This document shows positions 10,801 through 25,800 of a stretch of 64,000 nucleotides of DNA, one piece after another (the stretch's first letter is position 1; the number at the start of each line of letters is the position of its first letter). The notes under the pieces are model-generated. The model was not told the DNA's origin. It saw only the letters and a list, made by a program, of their open reading frames with translations, and did no database searches. Source of the DNA: Laetmonice hystrix. Lineage: Eukaryota. A program made the translations under genes and the position numbers. The stretch lies in NCBI GenBank assembly GCA_965235115.1, contig OZ249436.1, positions 24,802,001 through 24,866,000 on the forward strand. The letters run 5' to 3'.

Positions 10801-13800
10801 GCACTAGTAATCCGATCCAAGCCTAATTACGTCATTGCTAGTTTCATAACCAAATCTCACAGAAAATACCCCACCCGCGCACATAACCTGAAAATATTCA
10901 ACTTTTATCTCCAATGTATCCCTGTGCACCTAGTAGCACACAAGCGGGCCCAATTTTGACATCCCAACACAAATACCGCAAATACCCGCCTAATGGCACA
11001 AAAAACTTTCTACCCCGTTGCAAGTCACATTAGCGTGCTGCTTGTCGTAAAAAATGGTGCAGACCATTTCTAAAGTCACAGTACCCCACTCCCGTCCTAA
11101 TATTACGTTTCAGTATCCATATACGCTGCAAGCGGCAGGAACTCGAATACAGGCCTAAAAGTAACCTCAGTCTAGCAATATCATACTCCCATGCCATATA
11201 CGAGCTTGTAATTATCTTTAATTAATGGGCTCCGCAGCACCAACCCACTGCATTAACATTTGTTTAACAGCTTAACGCACCTTGTAAAATTTTTTCAAGT
11301 GCGTAAAAATGCGTGTCCACCTCCACATACTTTAAAAATCACTATACCCACCCAGCGACATCCACTCTAATACACGCCTAAAAGGAACTTCACTGTCCCA
11401 TTTGATTCTCCAGCACGTATAGGATGTTTCAAGTAACATTCATCCACGGTCTGGCCCAATAACGTGCAACAAGGCATAGTAAGTCAATGCGAGCTCGCAT
11501 GTCAAACCTAACCCGCCCCCAAGCACATGAGCTGAAAATATTCAAATAGCTTGAAAACTAGAATATAGCTTTGCTTAATACCATTATACCATCAACTCGC
11601 ATTACAGGCCTAATGCGAAGCTCCCAGCCTAAAACGAGTTTCCAATTAATTTAAAGTTAACAAGATGCACTAATAATCGATTCCAAGCCTAATTAGGCCA
11701 TTGCTAGTTGGATAACCAAATCTCATACAAAATACACCCTCCCGGCAGATGACCTGAGAATATTCAACTCTTATGTCCGATATATCCCTGTCCGCTTTGT
11801 AGCACCCAGCCGGGCCCCCATTTTGACATTGCAACACCAATACAGCAAGTGCCCAGCTAACAGCACAAATAACAGGATTCAGGGCTTCCTACCACGTTAC
11901 AAGTCACAATAGATTGCTGCCTGTCGTAAAAATATACCAGACCATTTTAAAAAGTCACAGAACCCCAATCCGGCCCTAATATGTCACTCCCAGTACCAAT
12001 ACACTCTGGAAGCACCATCAACTGAAATTCAGGCCTAGAACCCACCTCTCTCTACCAATATCATGCACCTAGTCCGTATACGAGGTTGTAATTTACTTTA
12101 ATCAACGGGCTGCGCCGCAGCAACCCACTCTGGTCTTTGCAATCTTTTTCAATATGCGTTAACATTTGTAACCAGCTCAACGCGCCTTGTAAAATTTTTC
12201 AAAGTGCGTAAAAGTGTGTGTCCACCCCGACACGCTTTCCAAACCACTATACCCACCGAGCGACATCCACTCAAATACAGGCTTCGACCGATCCTCACTG
12301 TGCCAATAATCCGCCACAAGGCAAATTCAGTCAATGCAAGCTGGAAAATCGAATGTCAAACCTAATGCTCCCCCCCCCAGCACGTTAACTGAAAATAATC
12401 AACTAGCTTGAAAACTAGAATATAGCTTTGTTAAGCTAACAATCTACTCTCCCAGCGCCATCAACTCGCATACAGGCGTAAAAGCAAACGCACTGCCCCA
12501 TATAATGCTCCCAGCCTAAAACGATGTTGCAATTAATTTAAAATTAACAAGATGCACTAGTAATCCGATCCAAGCCTAATTACGTCATTGCTAGTTTCAT
12601 AACCAAATCTCACAGAAAATACCCCACCCGCGCACATAACCTGAAAATATTCAACTTTTATCTCCAATGTATCCCTGTGCACCTAGTAGCACCCAAGCGG
12701 GCCCAATTTTGACATTCCAACACAAATACCGCAAATACCCGCCTAATGGCACAAAAAACTTTCTACCCCGTTGCAAGTCACATTAGCTTGCTGCTTGTCG
12801 TAAAAAATGGTGCAGACCATTTCTAAAGTCACAGTACCCCACTCCCGGCCTAATATTACGTTTCAGTATCCATATACGCTGCAAGCGGCAGGAACTCGAA
12901 TACAGGCCTAAAAGTAACCCCAGTCTAGCAATATCATACTCTCATGCCATATACGAGCTTGTAATTATCTTTAATTAATGGGCTCCGCAGCACCAACCCA
13001 CTGCATTAACATTTGTTTAACAGCTTAACGCACCTTGTAAAAAATTTTCAAGTGCGTAAAAATGCGTGTCCACCTCCACATACTTTAAAAATCACTATAC
13101 CCACCCAGCGACATTCACTCTAATACACGCCTAAGAGGAACTTCACTGTCCCATTTGATTCTCCAGCACGTATAGGATGTTTCAAGTAACATTTATCCAC
13201 GGTCTGGCCCAATAACGTGCAACAAGGCATAGTAAGTCAATGCGACCTCGCATGTCAAACCTAACCCGCCCCCCAGCACATGAGCTGGAGATATTCAAAT
13301 AGCTTGAAAACTAGAATATAGCTTTGCTTAATACCATTATACCATCAACTCGCATTACAGGCCTAATGCGAAGCTCCCAGCCTAAAACGAGTTTCCAATT
13401 AATTTAAAGTTAACAAGATGCACTAATAATCGATTCCAAGCCTAATTAGGCCATTGCTAGTTGGATAACCAAATCTCATACAAAATACACCCTCCCGGCA
13501 GATGACCTGAGAATATTCAACTCTTATGTCCGATATATCCCTGTCCGCTTAGTAGCACCCAGCCGGGCCCCCATTTTGACATTGCAACACCAATACAGCA
13601 AGTGCCCAGCTAACAGCACAAATAACAGGATTCAGGGCTTCCTACCACGTTACAAGTCACAATAGATTGCTGCCTGTCGTAAAAATATACCAGACCATTT
13701 TAAAAAGTCACAGAACCCCAATCCGGCCCTAATATGTCACTCCCAGTACCAATAGACGCTGGAAGCACCATCAACTGAAATTCAGGCCTAGAACCCACCT

Positions 13801-16800
13801 CTCTCTACCAATATCATGCACCTAGTCCGTATACGAGGTTGTAATTCACTTTAATCAACGGGCTGCGCCGCAGCAACCCACTCTGGTCTTTGCAATCTTT
13901 TTCAATATGCGTTAACATTTGTGACCAGCTCAACGCGCCTTGTAAAATTTTTCAAAGTGCGTAAAAGTGTGTGTCCACCCCGACACGCTTTCCAAACCAC
14001 TATACCCACCGAGCGACATCCACTCAAATACAGGCTTCGACCGATCCTCACTGTGCCAATAATCCGCCACAAGGCAAATTCAGTCAATGCAAGCTGGAAA
14101 ATCGAATGTCAAACCTAATGCTCCCCCCCCCCCAGCACGTTAACTGAAAATAATCAACTAGCTTGAAAACTAGAATATAGCTTTGTTAAGCTAACAATCT
14201 ACTCTCCCAGCGCCATCAACTCGCATACAGGCGTAAAAGCAAACGCACTGCCCCATATAATGCTCCCAGCCTAAAACGATGTTGCAATTAATTTAAAATT
14301 AACAAGATGCACTAGTAATCCGATCCAAGCCTAATTACGTCATTGCTAGTTTCATAACCAAATCTCACAGAAAATACCCCACCCGCGCACATAACCTGAA
14401 AATATTCAACTTTTATCTCCAATGTATCCCTGTGCACCTAGTAGCACCCAAGCGGGCCCAATTTTGACATTCCAACACAAATACCGCAAATACCCGCCTA
14501 ATGGCACAAAAAACTTTCTACCCCGTTGCAAGTCACATTAGCTTGCTGCTTGTCGTAAAAAATGGTGCAGACCATTTCTAAAGTCACAGTACCCCACTCC
14601 CGGCCTAATATTACGTTTCAGTATCCATATACGCTGCAAGCGGCAGGAACTCGAATACAGGCCTAAAAGTAACCCCAGTCTAGCAATATCATACTCTCAT
14701 GCCATATACGAGCTTGTAATTATCTTTAATTAATGGGCTCCGCAGCACCAACCCACTGCATTAACATTTGTTTAACAGCTTAACGCACCTTGTAAAAAAT
14801 TTTCAAGTGCGTAAAAATGCGTGTCCACCTCCACATACTTTAAAAATCACTATACCCACCCAGCGACATTCACTCTAATACACGCCTAAGAGGAACTTCA
14901 CTGTCCCATTTGATTCTCCAGCACGTATAGGATGTTTCAAGTAACATTTATCCACGGTCTGGCCCAATAACGTGCAACAAGGCATAGTAAGTCAATGCGA
15001 CCTCGCATGTCAAACCTAACCCGCCCCCCAGCACATGAGCTGGAGATATTCAAATAGCTTGAAAACTAGAATATAGCTTTGCTTAATACCATTATACCAT
15101 CAACTCGCATTACAGGCCTAATGCGAAGCTCCCAGCCTAAAACGAGTTTCCAATTAATTTAAAGTTAACAAGATGCACTAATAATCGATTCCAAGCCTAA
15201 TTAGGCCATTGCTAGTTGGATAACCAAATCTCATACAAAATACACCCTCCCGGCAGATGACCTGAGAATATTCAACTCTTATGTCCGATATATCCCTGTC
15301 CGCTTAGTAGCACCCAGCCGGGCCCCCATTTTGACATTGCAACACCAATACAGCAAGTGCCCAGCTAACAGCACAAATAACAGGATTCAGGGCTTCCTAC
15401 CACGTTACAAGTCACAATAGATTGCTGCCTGTCGTAAAAATATACCAGACCATTTTAAAAAGTCACAGAACCCCAATCCGGCCCTAATATGTCACTCCCA
15501 GTACCAATAGACGCTGGAAGCACCATCAACTGAAATTCAGGCCTAGAACCCACCTCTCTCTACCAATATCATGCACCTAGTCCGTATACGAGGTTGTAAT
15601 TTACTTTAATCAACGGGCTGCGCCGCAGCAACCCACTCTGGTCTTTGCAATCTTTTTCAATATGCGTTAACATTTGTGACCAGCTCAACGCGCCTTGTAA
15701 AATTTTTCAAAGTGCGTAAAAGTGTGTGTCCACCCCGACACGCTTTCCAAACCACTATACCCACCGAGCGACATCCACTCAAATACAGGCTTCGACCGAT
15801 CCTCACTGTGCCAATAATCCGCCACAAGGCAAATTCAGTCAATGCAAGCTGGAAAATCGAATGTCAAACCTAATGCTCCCCCCCCAGCACGTTAACTGAA
15901 AAAAATCAACTAGCTTGAAAACTAGAATATAGCTTTGTTTAGCTAACAATCTACTCTCCCAGCGCCATCAACTCGCATACAGGCGTAAAAGCAAACGCAC
16001 TGCCCCATATAATGCTCCCAGCCTAAGACGATGTTGCAATTAATTTAAGATTAACAAGATGCACTAGTAATCCGATCCAAGCCTAATTACGTCATTGCTA
16101 GTTTCATAACCAAATCTCACAGAAAATACCCCACCCGCGCACATAACCTGAAAATATTCAACTTTTATCTCCAATGTATCCCTGTGCACCTAGTAGCACA
16201 CAAGCGGGCCCAATTTTGACATCCCAACACAAATACCGCAAATACCCGCCTAATGGCACAAAAAACTTTCTACCCCGTTGCAAGTCACATTAGCGTGCTG
16301 CTTGTCGTAAAAAATGGTGCAGACCATTTCTAAAGTCACAGTACCCCACTCCCGTCCTAATATTACGTTTCAGTATCCATATACGCTGCAAGCGGCAGGA
16401 ACTCGAATACAGGCCTAAAAGTAACCTCAGTCTAGCAATATCATACTCCCATGCCATATACGAGCTTGTAATTATCTTTAATTAATGGGCTCCGCAGCAC
16501 CAACCCACTGCATTAACATTTGTTTAACAGCTTAACGCACCTTGTAAAAAATTTTCAAGTGCGTAAAAATGCGTGTCCACCTCCACATACTTTAAAAATC
16601 ACTATACCCACCCAGCGACATTCACTCTAATACACGCCTAAGAGGAACTTCACTGTCCCATTTGATTCTCCAGCACGTATAGGATGTTTCAAGTAACATT
16701 TATCCACGGTCTGGCCCAATAACGTGCAACAAGGCATAGTAAGTCAATGCGACCTCGCATGTCAAACCTAACCCGCCCCCCAGCACATGAGCTGGAGATA

Positions 16801-19800
16801 TTCAAATAGCTTGAAAACTAGAATATAGCTTTGCTTAATACCATTATACCATCAACTCGCATTACAGGCCTAATGCGAAGCTCCCAGCCTAAAACGAGTT
16901 TCCAATTAATTTAAAGTTAACAAGATGCACTAATAATCGATTCCAAGCCTAATTAGGCCATTGCTAGTTGGATAACCAAATCTCATACAAAATACACCCT
17001 CCCGGCAGATGACCTGAGAATATTCAACTCTTATGTCCGATATATCCCTGTCCGCTTAGTAGCACCCAGCCGGGCCCCCATTTTGACATTGCAACACCAA
17101 TACAGCAAGTGCCCAGCTAACAGCACAAATAACAGGATTCAGGGCTTCCTACCACGTTACAAGTCACAATAGATTGCTGCCTGTCGTAAAAATATACCAG
17201 ACCATTTTAAAAAGTCACAGAACCCCAATCCGGCCCTAATATGTCACTCCCAGTACCAATAGACGCTGGAAGCACCATCAACTGAAATTCAGGCCTAGAA
17301 CCCACCTCTCTCTACCAATATCATGCACCTAGTCCGTATACGAGGTTGTAATTTACTTTAATCAACGGGCTGCGCCGCAGCAACCCACTCTGGTCTTTGC
17401 AATCTTTTTCAATATGCGTTAACATTTGTGACCAGCTCAACGCGCCTTGTAAAATTTTTCAAAGTGCGTAAAAGTGTGTGTCCACCCCGACACGCTTTCC
17501 AAACCACTATACCCACCGAGCGACATCCACTCAAATACAGGCTTCGACCGATCCTCACTGTGCCAATAATCCGCCACAAGGCAAATTCAGTCAATGCAAG
17601 CTGGAAAATCGAATGTCAAACCTAATGCTCCCCCCCCAGCACGTTAACTGAAAAAAATCAACTAGCTTGAAAACTAGAATATAGCTTTGTTTAGCTAACA
17701 ATCTACTCTCCCAGCGCCATCAACTCGCATACAGGCGTAAAAGCAAACGCACTGCCCCATATAATGCTCCCAGCCTAAGACGATGTTGCAATTAATTTAA
17801 GATTAACAAGATGCACTAGTAATCCGATCCAAGCCTAATTACGTCATTGCTAGTTTCATAACCAAATCTCACAGAAAATACCCCACCCGCGCACATAACC
17901 TGAAAATATTCAACTTTTATCTCCAATGTATCCCTGTGCACCTAGTAGCACACAAGCGGGCCCAATTTTGACATCCCAACACAAATACCGCAAATACCCG
18001 CCTAATGGCACAAAAAACTTTCTACCCCGTTGCAAGTCACATTAGCGTGCTGCTTGTCGTAAAAAATGGTGCAGACCATTTCTAAAGTCACAGTACCCCA
18101 CTCCCGTCCTAATATTACGTTTCAGTATCCATATACGCTGCAAGCGGCAGGAACTCGAATACAGGCCTAAAAGTAACCTCAGTCTAGCAATATCATACTC
18201 CCATGCCATATACGAGCTTGTAATTATCTTTAATTAATGGGCTCCGCAGCACCAACCCACTGCATTAACATTTGTTTAACAGCTTAACGCACCTTGTAAA
18301 AAATTTTCAAGTGCGTAAAAATGCGTGTCCACCTCCACATACTTTAAAAATCACTATACCCACCCAGCGACATTCACTCTAATACACGCCTAAGAGGAAC
18401 TTCACTGTCCCATTTGATTCTCCAGCACGTATAGGATGTTTCAAGTAACATTTATCCACGGTCTGGCCCAATAACGTGCAACAAGGCATAGTAAGTCAAT
18501 GCGACCTCGCATGTCAAACCTAACCCGCCCCCCAGCACATGAGCTGGAGATATTCAAATAGCTTGAAAACTAGAATATAGCTTTGCTTAATACCATTATA
18601 CCATCAACTCGCATTACAGGCCTAATGCGAAGCTCCCAGCCTAAAACGAGTTTCCAATTAATTTAAAGTTAACAAGATGCACTAATAATCGATTCCAAGC
18701 CTAATTAGGCCATTGCTAGTTGGATAACCAAATCTCATACAAAATACACCCTCCCGGCAGATGACCTGAGAATATTCAACTCTTATGTCCGATATATCCC
18801 TGTCCGCTTAGTAGCACCCAGCCGGGCCCCCATTTTGACATTGCAACACCAATACAGCAAGTGCCCAGCTAACAGCACAAATAACAGGATTCAGGGCTTC
18901 CTACCACGTTACAAGTCACAATAGATTGCTGCCTGTCGTAAAAATATACCAGACCATTTTAAAAAGTCACAGAACCCCAATCCGGCCCTAATATGTCACT
19001 CCCAGTACCAATAGACGCTGGAAGCACCATCAACTGAAATTCAGGCCTAGAACCCACCTCTCTCTACCAATATCATGCACCTAGTCCGTATACGAGGTTG
19101 TAATTTACTTTAATCAACGGGCTGCGCCGCAGCAACCCACTCTGGTCTTTGCAATCTTTTTCAATATGCGTTAACATTTGTGACCAGCTCAACGCGCCTT
19201 GTAAAATTTTTCAAAGTGCGTAAAAGTGTGTGTCCACCCCGACACGCTTTCCAAACCACTATACCCACCGAGCGACATCCACTCAAATACAGGCTTCGAC
19301 CGATCCTCACTGTGCCAATAATCCGCCACAAGGCAAATTCAGTCAATGCAAGCTGGAAAATCGAATGTCAAACCTAATGCTCCCCCCCCCAGCACGTTAA
19401 CTGAAAAAAATCAACTAGCTTGAAAACTAGAATATAGCTTTGTTTAGCTAACAATCTACTCTCCCAGCGCCATCAACTCGCATACAGGCGTAAAAGCAAA
19501 CGCACTGCCCCATATAATGCTCCCAGCCTAAGACGATGTTGCAATTAATTTAAGATTAACAAGATGCACTAGTAATCCGATCCAAGCCTAATTACGTCAT
19601 TGCTAGTTTCATAACCAAATCTCACAGAAAATACCCCACCCGCGCACATAACCTGAAAATATTCAACTTTTATCTCCAATGTATCCCTGTGCACCTAGTA
19701 GCACCCAAGCGGGCCCAATTTTGACATTCCAACACAAATACCGCAAATACCCGCCTAATGGCACAAAAAACTTTCTACCCCGTTGCAAGTCACATTAGCT

Positions 19801-22800
19801 TGCTGCTTGTCGTAAAAAATGGTGCAGACCATTTCTAAAGTCACAGTACCCCACTCCCGGCCTAATATTACGTTTCAGTATCCATATACGCTGCAAGCGG
19901 CAGGAACTCGAATACAGGCCTAAAAGTAACCCCAGTCTAGCAATATCATACTCTCATGCCATATACGAGCTTGTAATTATCTTTAATTAATGGGCTCCGC
20001 AGCACCAACCCACTGCATTAACATTTGTTTAACAGCTTAACGCACCTTGTAAAAAATTTTCAAGTGCGTAAAAATGCGTGTCCACCTCCACATACTTTAA
20101 AAATCACTATACCCACCCAGCGACATCCACTCTAATACACGCCTAAAAGGAACTTCACTGTCCCATTTGATTCTCCAGCACGTATAGGATGTTTCAAGTA
20201 ACATTCATCCACGGTCTGGCCCAATAACGTGCAACAAGGCATAGTAAGTCAATGCGAGCTTGCATGTCAAACCTAACCCGCCCCCAAGCACATGAGCTGA
20301 AAATATTCAAATAGCTTGAAAACTAGAATATAGCTTTGCTTAATACCATTATACCATCAACTCGCATTACAGGCCTAATGCGAAGCTCCCAGCCTAAAAC
20401 GAGTTTCCAATTAATTTAAAGTTAACAAGATGCACTAATAATCGATTCCAAGCCTAATTAGGCCATTGCTAGTTGGATAACCAAATCTCATACAAAATAC
20501 ACCCTCCCGGCAGATGACCTGAGAATATTCAACTCTTATGTCCGATATATCCCTGTCCGCTTTGTAGCACCCAGCCGGGCCCCCATTTTGACATTGCAAC
20601 ACCAATACAGCAAGTGCCCAGCTAACAGCACAAATAACAGGATTCAGGGCTTCCTACCACGTTACAAGTCACAATAGATTGCTGCCTGTCGTAAAAATAT
20701 ACCAGACCATTTTAAAAAGTCACAGAACCCCAATCCGGCCCTAATATGTCACTCCCAGTACCAATACACTCTGGAAGCACCATCAACTGAAATTCAGGCC
20801 TAGAACCCACCTCTCTCTACCAATATCATGCACCTAGTCCGTATACGAGGTTGTAATTTACTTTAATCAACGGGCTGCGCCGCAGCAACCCACTCTGGTC
20901 TTTGCAATCTTTTTCAATATGCGTTAACATTTGTAACCAGCTCAACGCGCCTTGTAAAATTTTTCAAAGTGCGTAAAAGTGTGTGTCCACCCCGACACGC
21001 TTTCCAAACCACTATACCCACCGAGCGACATCCACTCAAATACAGGCTTCGACCGATCCTCACTGTGCCAATAATCCGCCACAAGGCAAATTCAGTCAAT
21101 GCAAGCTGGAAAATCGAATGTCAAACCTAATGCTCCCCCCCCCCCCCAGCACGTTAACTGAAAATAATCAACTAGCTTGAAAACTAGAATATAGCTTTGT
21201 TAAGCTAACAATCTACTCTCCCAGCGCCATCAACTCGCATACAGGCGTAAAAGCAAACGCACTGCCCCATATAATGCTCCCAGCCTAAAACGATGTTGCA
21301 ATTAATTTAAAATTAACAAGATGCACTAGTAATCCGATCCAAGCCTAATTACGTCATTGCTAGTTTCATAACCAAATCTCACAGAAAATACCCCACCCGC
21401 GCACATAACCTGAAAATATTCAACTTTTATCTCCAATGTATCCCTGTGCACCTAGTAGCACCCAAGCGGGCCCAATTTTGACATTCCAACACAAATACCG
21501 CAAATACCCGCCTAATGGCACAAAAAACTTTCTACCCCGTTGCAAGTCACATTAGCTTGCTGCTTGTCGTAAAAAATGGTGCAGACCATTTCTAAAGTCA
21601 CAGTACCCCACTCCCGGCCTAATATTACGTTTCAGTATCCATATACGCTGCAAGCGGCAGGAACTCGAATACAGGCCTAAAAGTAACCCCAGTCTAGCAA
21701 TATCATACTCTCATGCCATATACGAGCTTGTAATTATCTTTAATTAATGGGCTCCGCAGCACCAACCCACTGCATTAACATTTGTTTAACAGCTTAACGC
21801 ACCTTGTAAAAAATTTTCAAGTGCGTAAAAATGCGTGTCCACCTCCACATACTTTAAAAATCACTATACCCACCCAGCGACATTCACTCTAATACACGCC
21901 TAAGAGGAACTTCACTGTCCCATTTGATTCTCCAGCACGTATAGGATGTTTCAAGTAACATTTATCCACGGTCTGGCCCAATAACGTGCAACAAGGCATA
22001 GTAAGTCAATGCGACCTCGCATGTCAAACCTAACCCGCCCCCCAGCACATGAGCTGGAGATATTCAAATAGCTTGAAAACTAGAATATAGCTTTGCTTAA
22101 TACCATTATACCATCAACTCGCATTACAGGCCTAATGCGAAGCTCCCAGCCTAAAACGAGTTTCCAATTAATTTAAAGTTAACAAGATGCACTAATAATC
22201 GATTCCAAGCCTAATTAGGCCATTGCTAGTTGGATAACCAAATCTCATACAAAATACACCCTCCCGGCAGATGACCTGAGAATATTCAACTCTTATGTCC
22301 GATATATCCCTGTCCGCTTAGTAGCACCCAGCCGGGCCCCCATTTTGACATTGCAACACCAATACAGCAAGTGCCCAGCTAACAGCACAAATAACAGGAT
22401 TCAGGGCTTCCTACCACGTTACAAGTCACAATAGATTGCTGCCTGTCGTAAAAATATACCAGACCATTTTAAAAAGTCACAGAACCCCAATCCGGCCCTA
22501 ATATGTCACTCCCAGTACCAATAGACGCTGGAAGCACCATCAACTGAAATTCAGGCCTAGAACCCACCTCTCTCTACCAATATCATGCACCTAGTCCGTA
22601 TACGAGGTTGTAATTTACTTTAATCAACGGGCTGCGCCGCAGCAACCCACTCTGGTCTTTGCAATCTTTTTCAATATGCGTTAACATTTGTGACCAGCTC
22701 AACGCGCCTTGTAAAATTTTTCAAAGTGCGTAAAAGTGTGTGTCCACCCCGACACGCTTTCCAAACCACTATACCCACCGAGCGACATCCACTCAAATAC

Positions 22801-25800
22801 AGGCTTCGACCGATCCTCACTGTGCCAATAATCCGCCACAAGGCAAATTCAGTCAATGCAAGCTGGAAAATCGAATGTCAAACCTAATGCTCCCCCCCCC
22901 CAGCACGTTAACTGAAAATAATCAACTAGCTTGAAAACTAGAATATAGCTTTGTTAAGCTAACAATCTACTCTCCCAGCGCCATCAACTCGCATACAGGC
23001 GTAAAAGCAAACGCACTGCCCCATATAATGCTCCCAGCCTAAAACGATGTTGCAATTAATTTAAAATTAACAAGATGCACTAGTAATCCGATCCAAGCCT
23101 AATTACGTCATTGCTAGTTTCATAACCAAATCTCACAGAAAATACCCCACCCGCGCACATAACCTGAAAATATTCAACTTTTATCTCCAATGTATCCCTG
23201 TGCACCTAGTAGCACCCAAGCGGGCCCAATTTTGACATTCCAACACAAATACCGCAAATACCCGCCTAATGGCACAAAAAACTTTCTACCCCGTTGCAAG
23301 TCACATTAGCTTGCTGCTTGTCGTAAAAAATGGTGCAGACCATTTCTAAAGTCACAGTACCCCACTCCCGGCCTAATATTACGTTTCAGTATCCATATAC
23401 GCTGCAAGCGGCAGGAACTCGAATACAGGCCTAAAAGTAACCCCAGTCTAGCAATATCATACTCTCATGCCATATACGAGCTTGTAATTATCTTTAATTA
23501 ATGGGCTCCGCAGCACCAACCCACTGCATTAACATTTGTTTAACAGCTTAACGCACCTTGTAAAATTTTTTCAAGTGCGTAAAAATGCGTGTCCACCTCC
23601 ACATACTTTAAAAATCACTATACCCACCCAGCGACATTCACTCTAATACACGCCTAAGAGGAACTTCACTGTCCCATTTGATTCTCCAGCACGTATAGGA
23701 TGTTTCAAGTAACATTTATCCACGGTCTGGCCCAATAACGTGCAACAAGGCATAGTAAGTCAATGCGAGCTCGCATGTCAAACCTAACCCGCCCCCCAGC
23801 ACATGAGCTGGAGATATTCAAATAGCTTGAAAACTAGAATATAGCTTTGCTTAATACCATTATACCATCAACTCGCATTACAGGCCTAATGCGAAGCTCC
23901 CAGCCTAAAACGAGTTTCCAATTAATTTAAAGTTAACAAGATGCACTAATAATCGATTCCAAGCCTAATTAGGCCATTGCTAGTTGGATAACCAAATCTC
24001 ATACAAAATACACCCTCCCGGCAGATGACCTGAGAATATTCAACTCTTATGTCCGATATATCCCTGTCCGCTTAGTAGCACCCAGCCGGGCCCCCATTTT
24101 GACATTGCAACACCAATACAGCAAGTGCCCAGCTAACAGCACAAATAACAGGATTCAGGGCTTTCTACCACGTTACAAGTCACAATAGATTGCTGCCTGT
24201 CGTAAAAATATACCAGACCATTTTAAAAAGTCACAGAACCCCAATCCGGCCCTAATATGTCACTCCCAGTACCAATAGACGCTGGAAGCACCATCAACTG
24301 AAATTCAGGCCTAGAACCCACCTCTATCTACCAATATCATGCACCTAGTCCGTATACGAGGTTGTAATTTACTTTAATCAACGGGCTGCGCCGCAGCAAC
24401 CCACTCTGGTCTTTGCAATCTTTTTCAATATGCGTTAACATTTGTGACCAGCTCAACGCGCCTTGTAAAATTTTTCAAAGTGCGTAAAAGTGTGTGTCCA
24501 CCCCGACACGCTTTCCAAACCACTATACCCACCGAGCGACATCCACTCAAATACAGGCTTCGACCGATCCTCACTGTGCCAATAATCCGCCACAAGGCAA
24601 ATTCAGTCAATGCAAGCTGGAAAATCGAATGTCAAACCTAATGCTCCCCCCCCCCCAGCACGTTAACTGAAAATAATCAACTAGCTTGAAAACTAGAATA
24701 TAGCTTTGTTAAGCTAACAATCTACTCTCCCAGCGCCATCAACTCGCATACAGGCGTAAAAGCAAACGCACTGCCCCATATAATGCTCCCAGCCTAAAAC
24801 GATGTTGCAATTAATTTAAAATTAACAAGATGCACTAGTAATCCGATCCAAGCCTAATTACGTCATTGCTAGTTTCATAACCAAATCTCACAGAAAATAC
24901 CCCACCCGCGCACATAACCTGAAAATATTCAACTTTTATCTCCAATGTATCCCTGTGCACCTAGTAGCACCCAAGCGGGCCCAATTTTGACATTCCAACA
25001 CAAATACCGCAAATACCCGCCTAATGGCACAAAAAACTTTCTACCCCGTTGCAAGTCACATTAGCTTGCTGCTTGTCGTAAAAAATGGTGCAGACCATTT
25101 CTAAAGTCACAGTACCCCACTCCCGGCCTAATATTACGTTTCAGTATCCATATACGCTGCAAGCGGCAGGAACTCGAATACAGGCCTAAAAGTAACCCCA
25201 GTCTAGCAATATCATACTCTCATGCCATATACGAGCTTGTAATTATCTTTAATTAATGGGCTCCGCAGCACCAACCCACTGCATTAACATTTGTTTAACA
25301 GCTTAACGCACCTTGTAAAATTTTTTCAAGTGCGTAAAAATGCGTGTCCACCTCCACATACTTTAAAAATCACTATACCCACCCAGCGACATTCACTCTA
25401 ATACACGCCTAAGAGGAACTTCACTGTCCCATTTGATTCTCCAGCACGTATAGGATGTTTCAAGTAACATTTATCCACGGTCTGGCCCAATAACGTGCAA
25501 CAAGGCATAGTAAGTCAATGCGAGCTCGCATGTCAAACCTAACCCGCCCCCCAGCACATGAGCTGGAGATATTCAAATAGCTTGAAAACTAGAATATAGC
25601 TTTGCTTAATACCATTATACCATCAACTCGCATTACAGGCCTAATGCGAAGTTCCCAGCCTAAAACGAGTTTCCAATTAATTTAAAGTTAACAAGATGCA
25701 CTAATAATCGATTCCAAGCCTAATTAGGCCATTGCTAGTTGGATAACCAAATCTCATACAAAATACACCCTCCCGGCAGATGACCTGAGAATATTCAACT

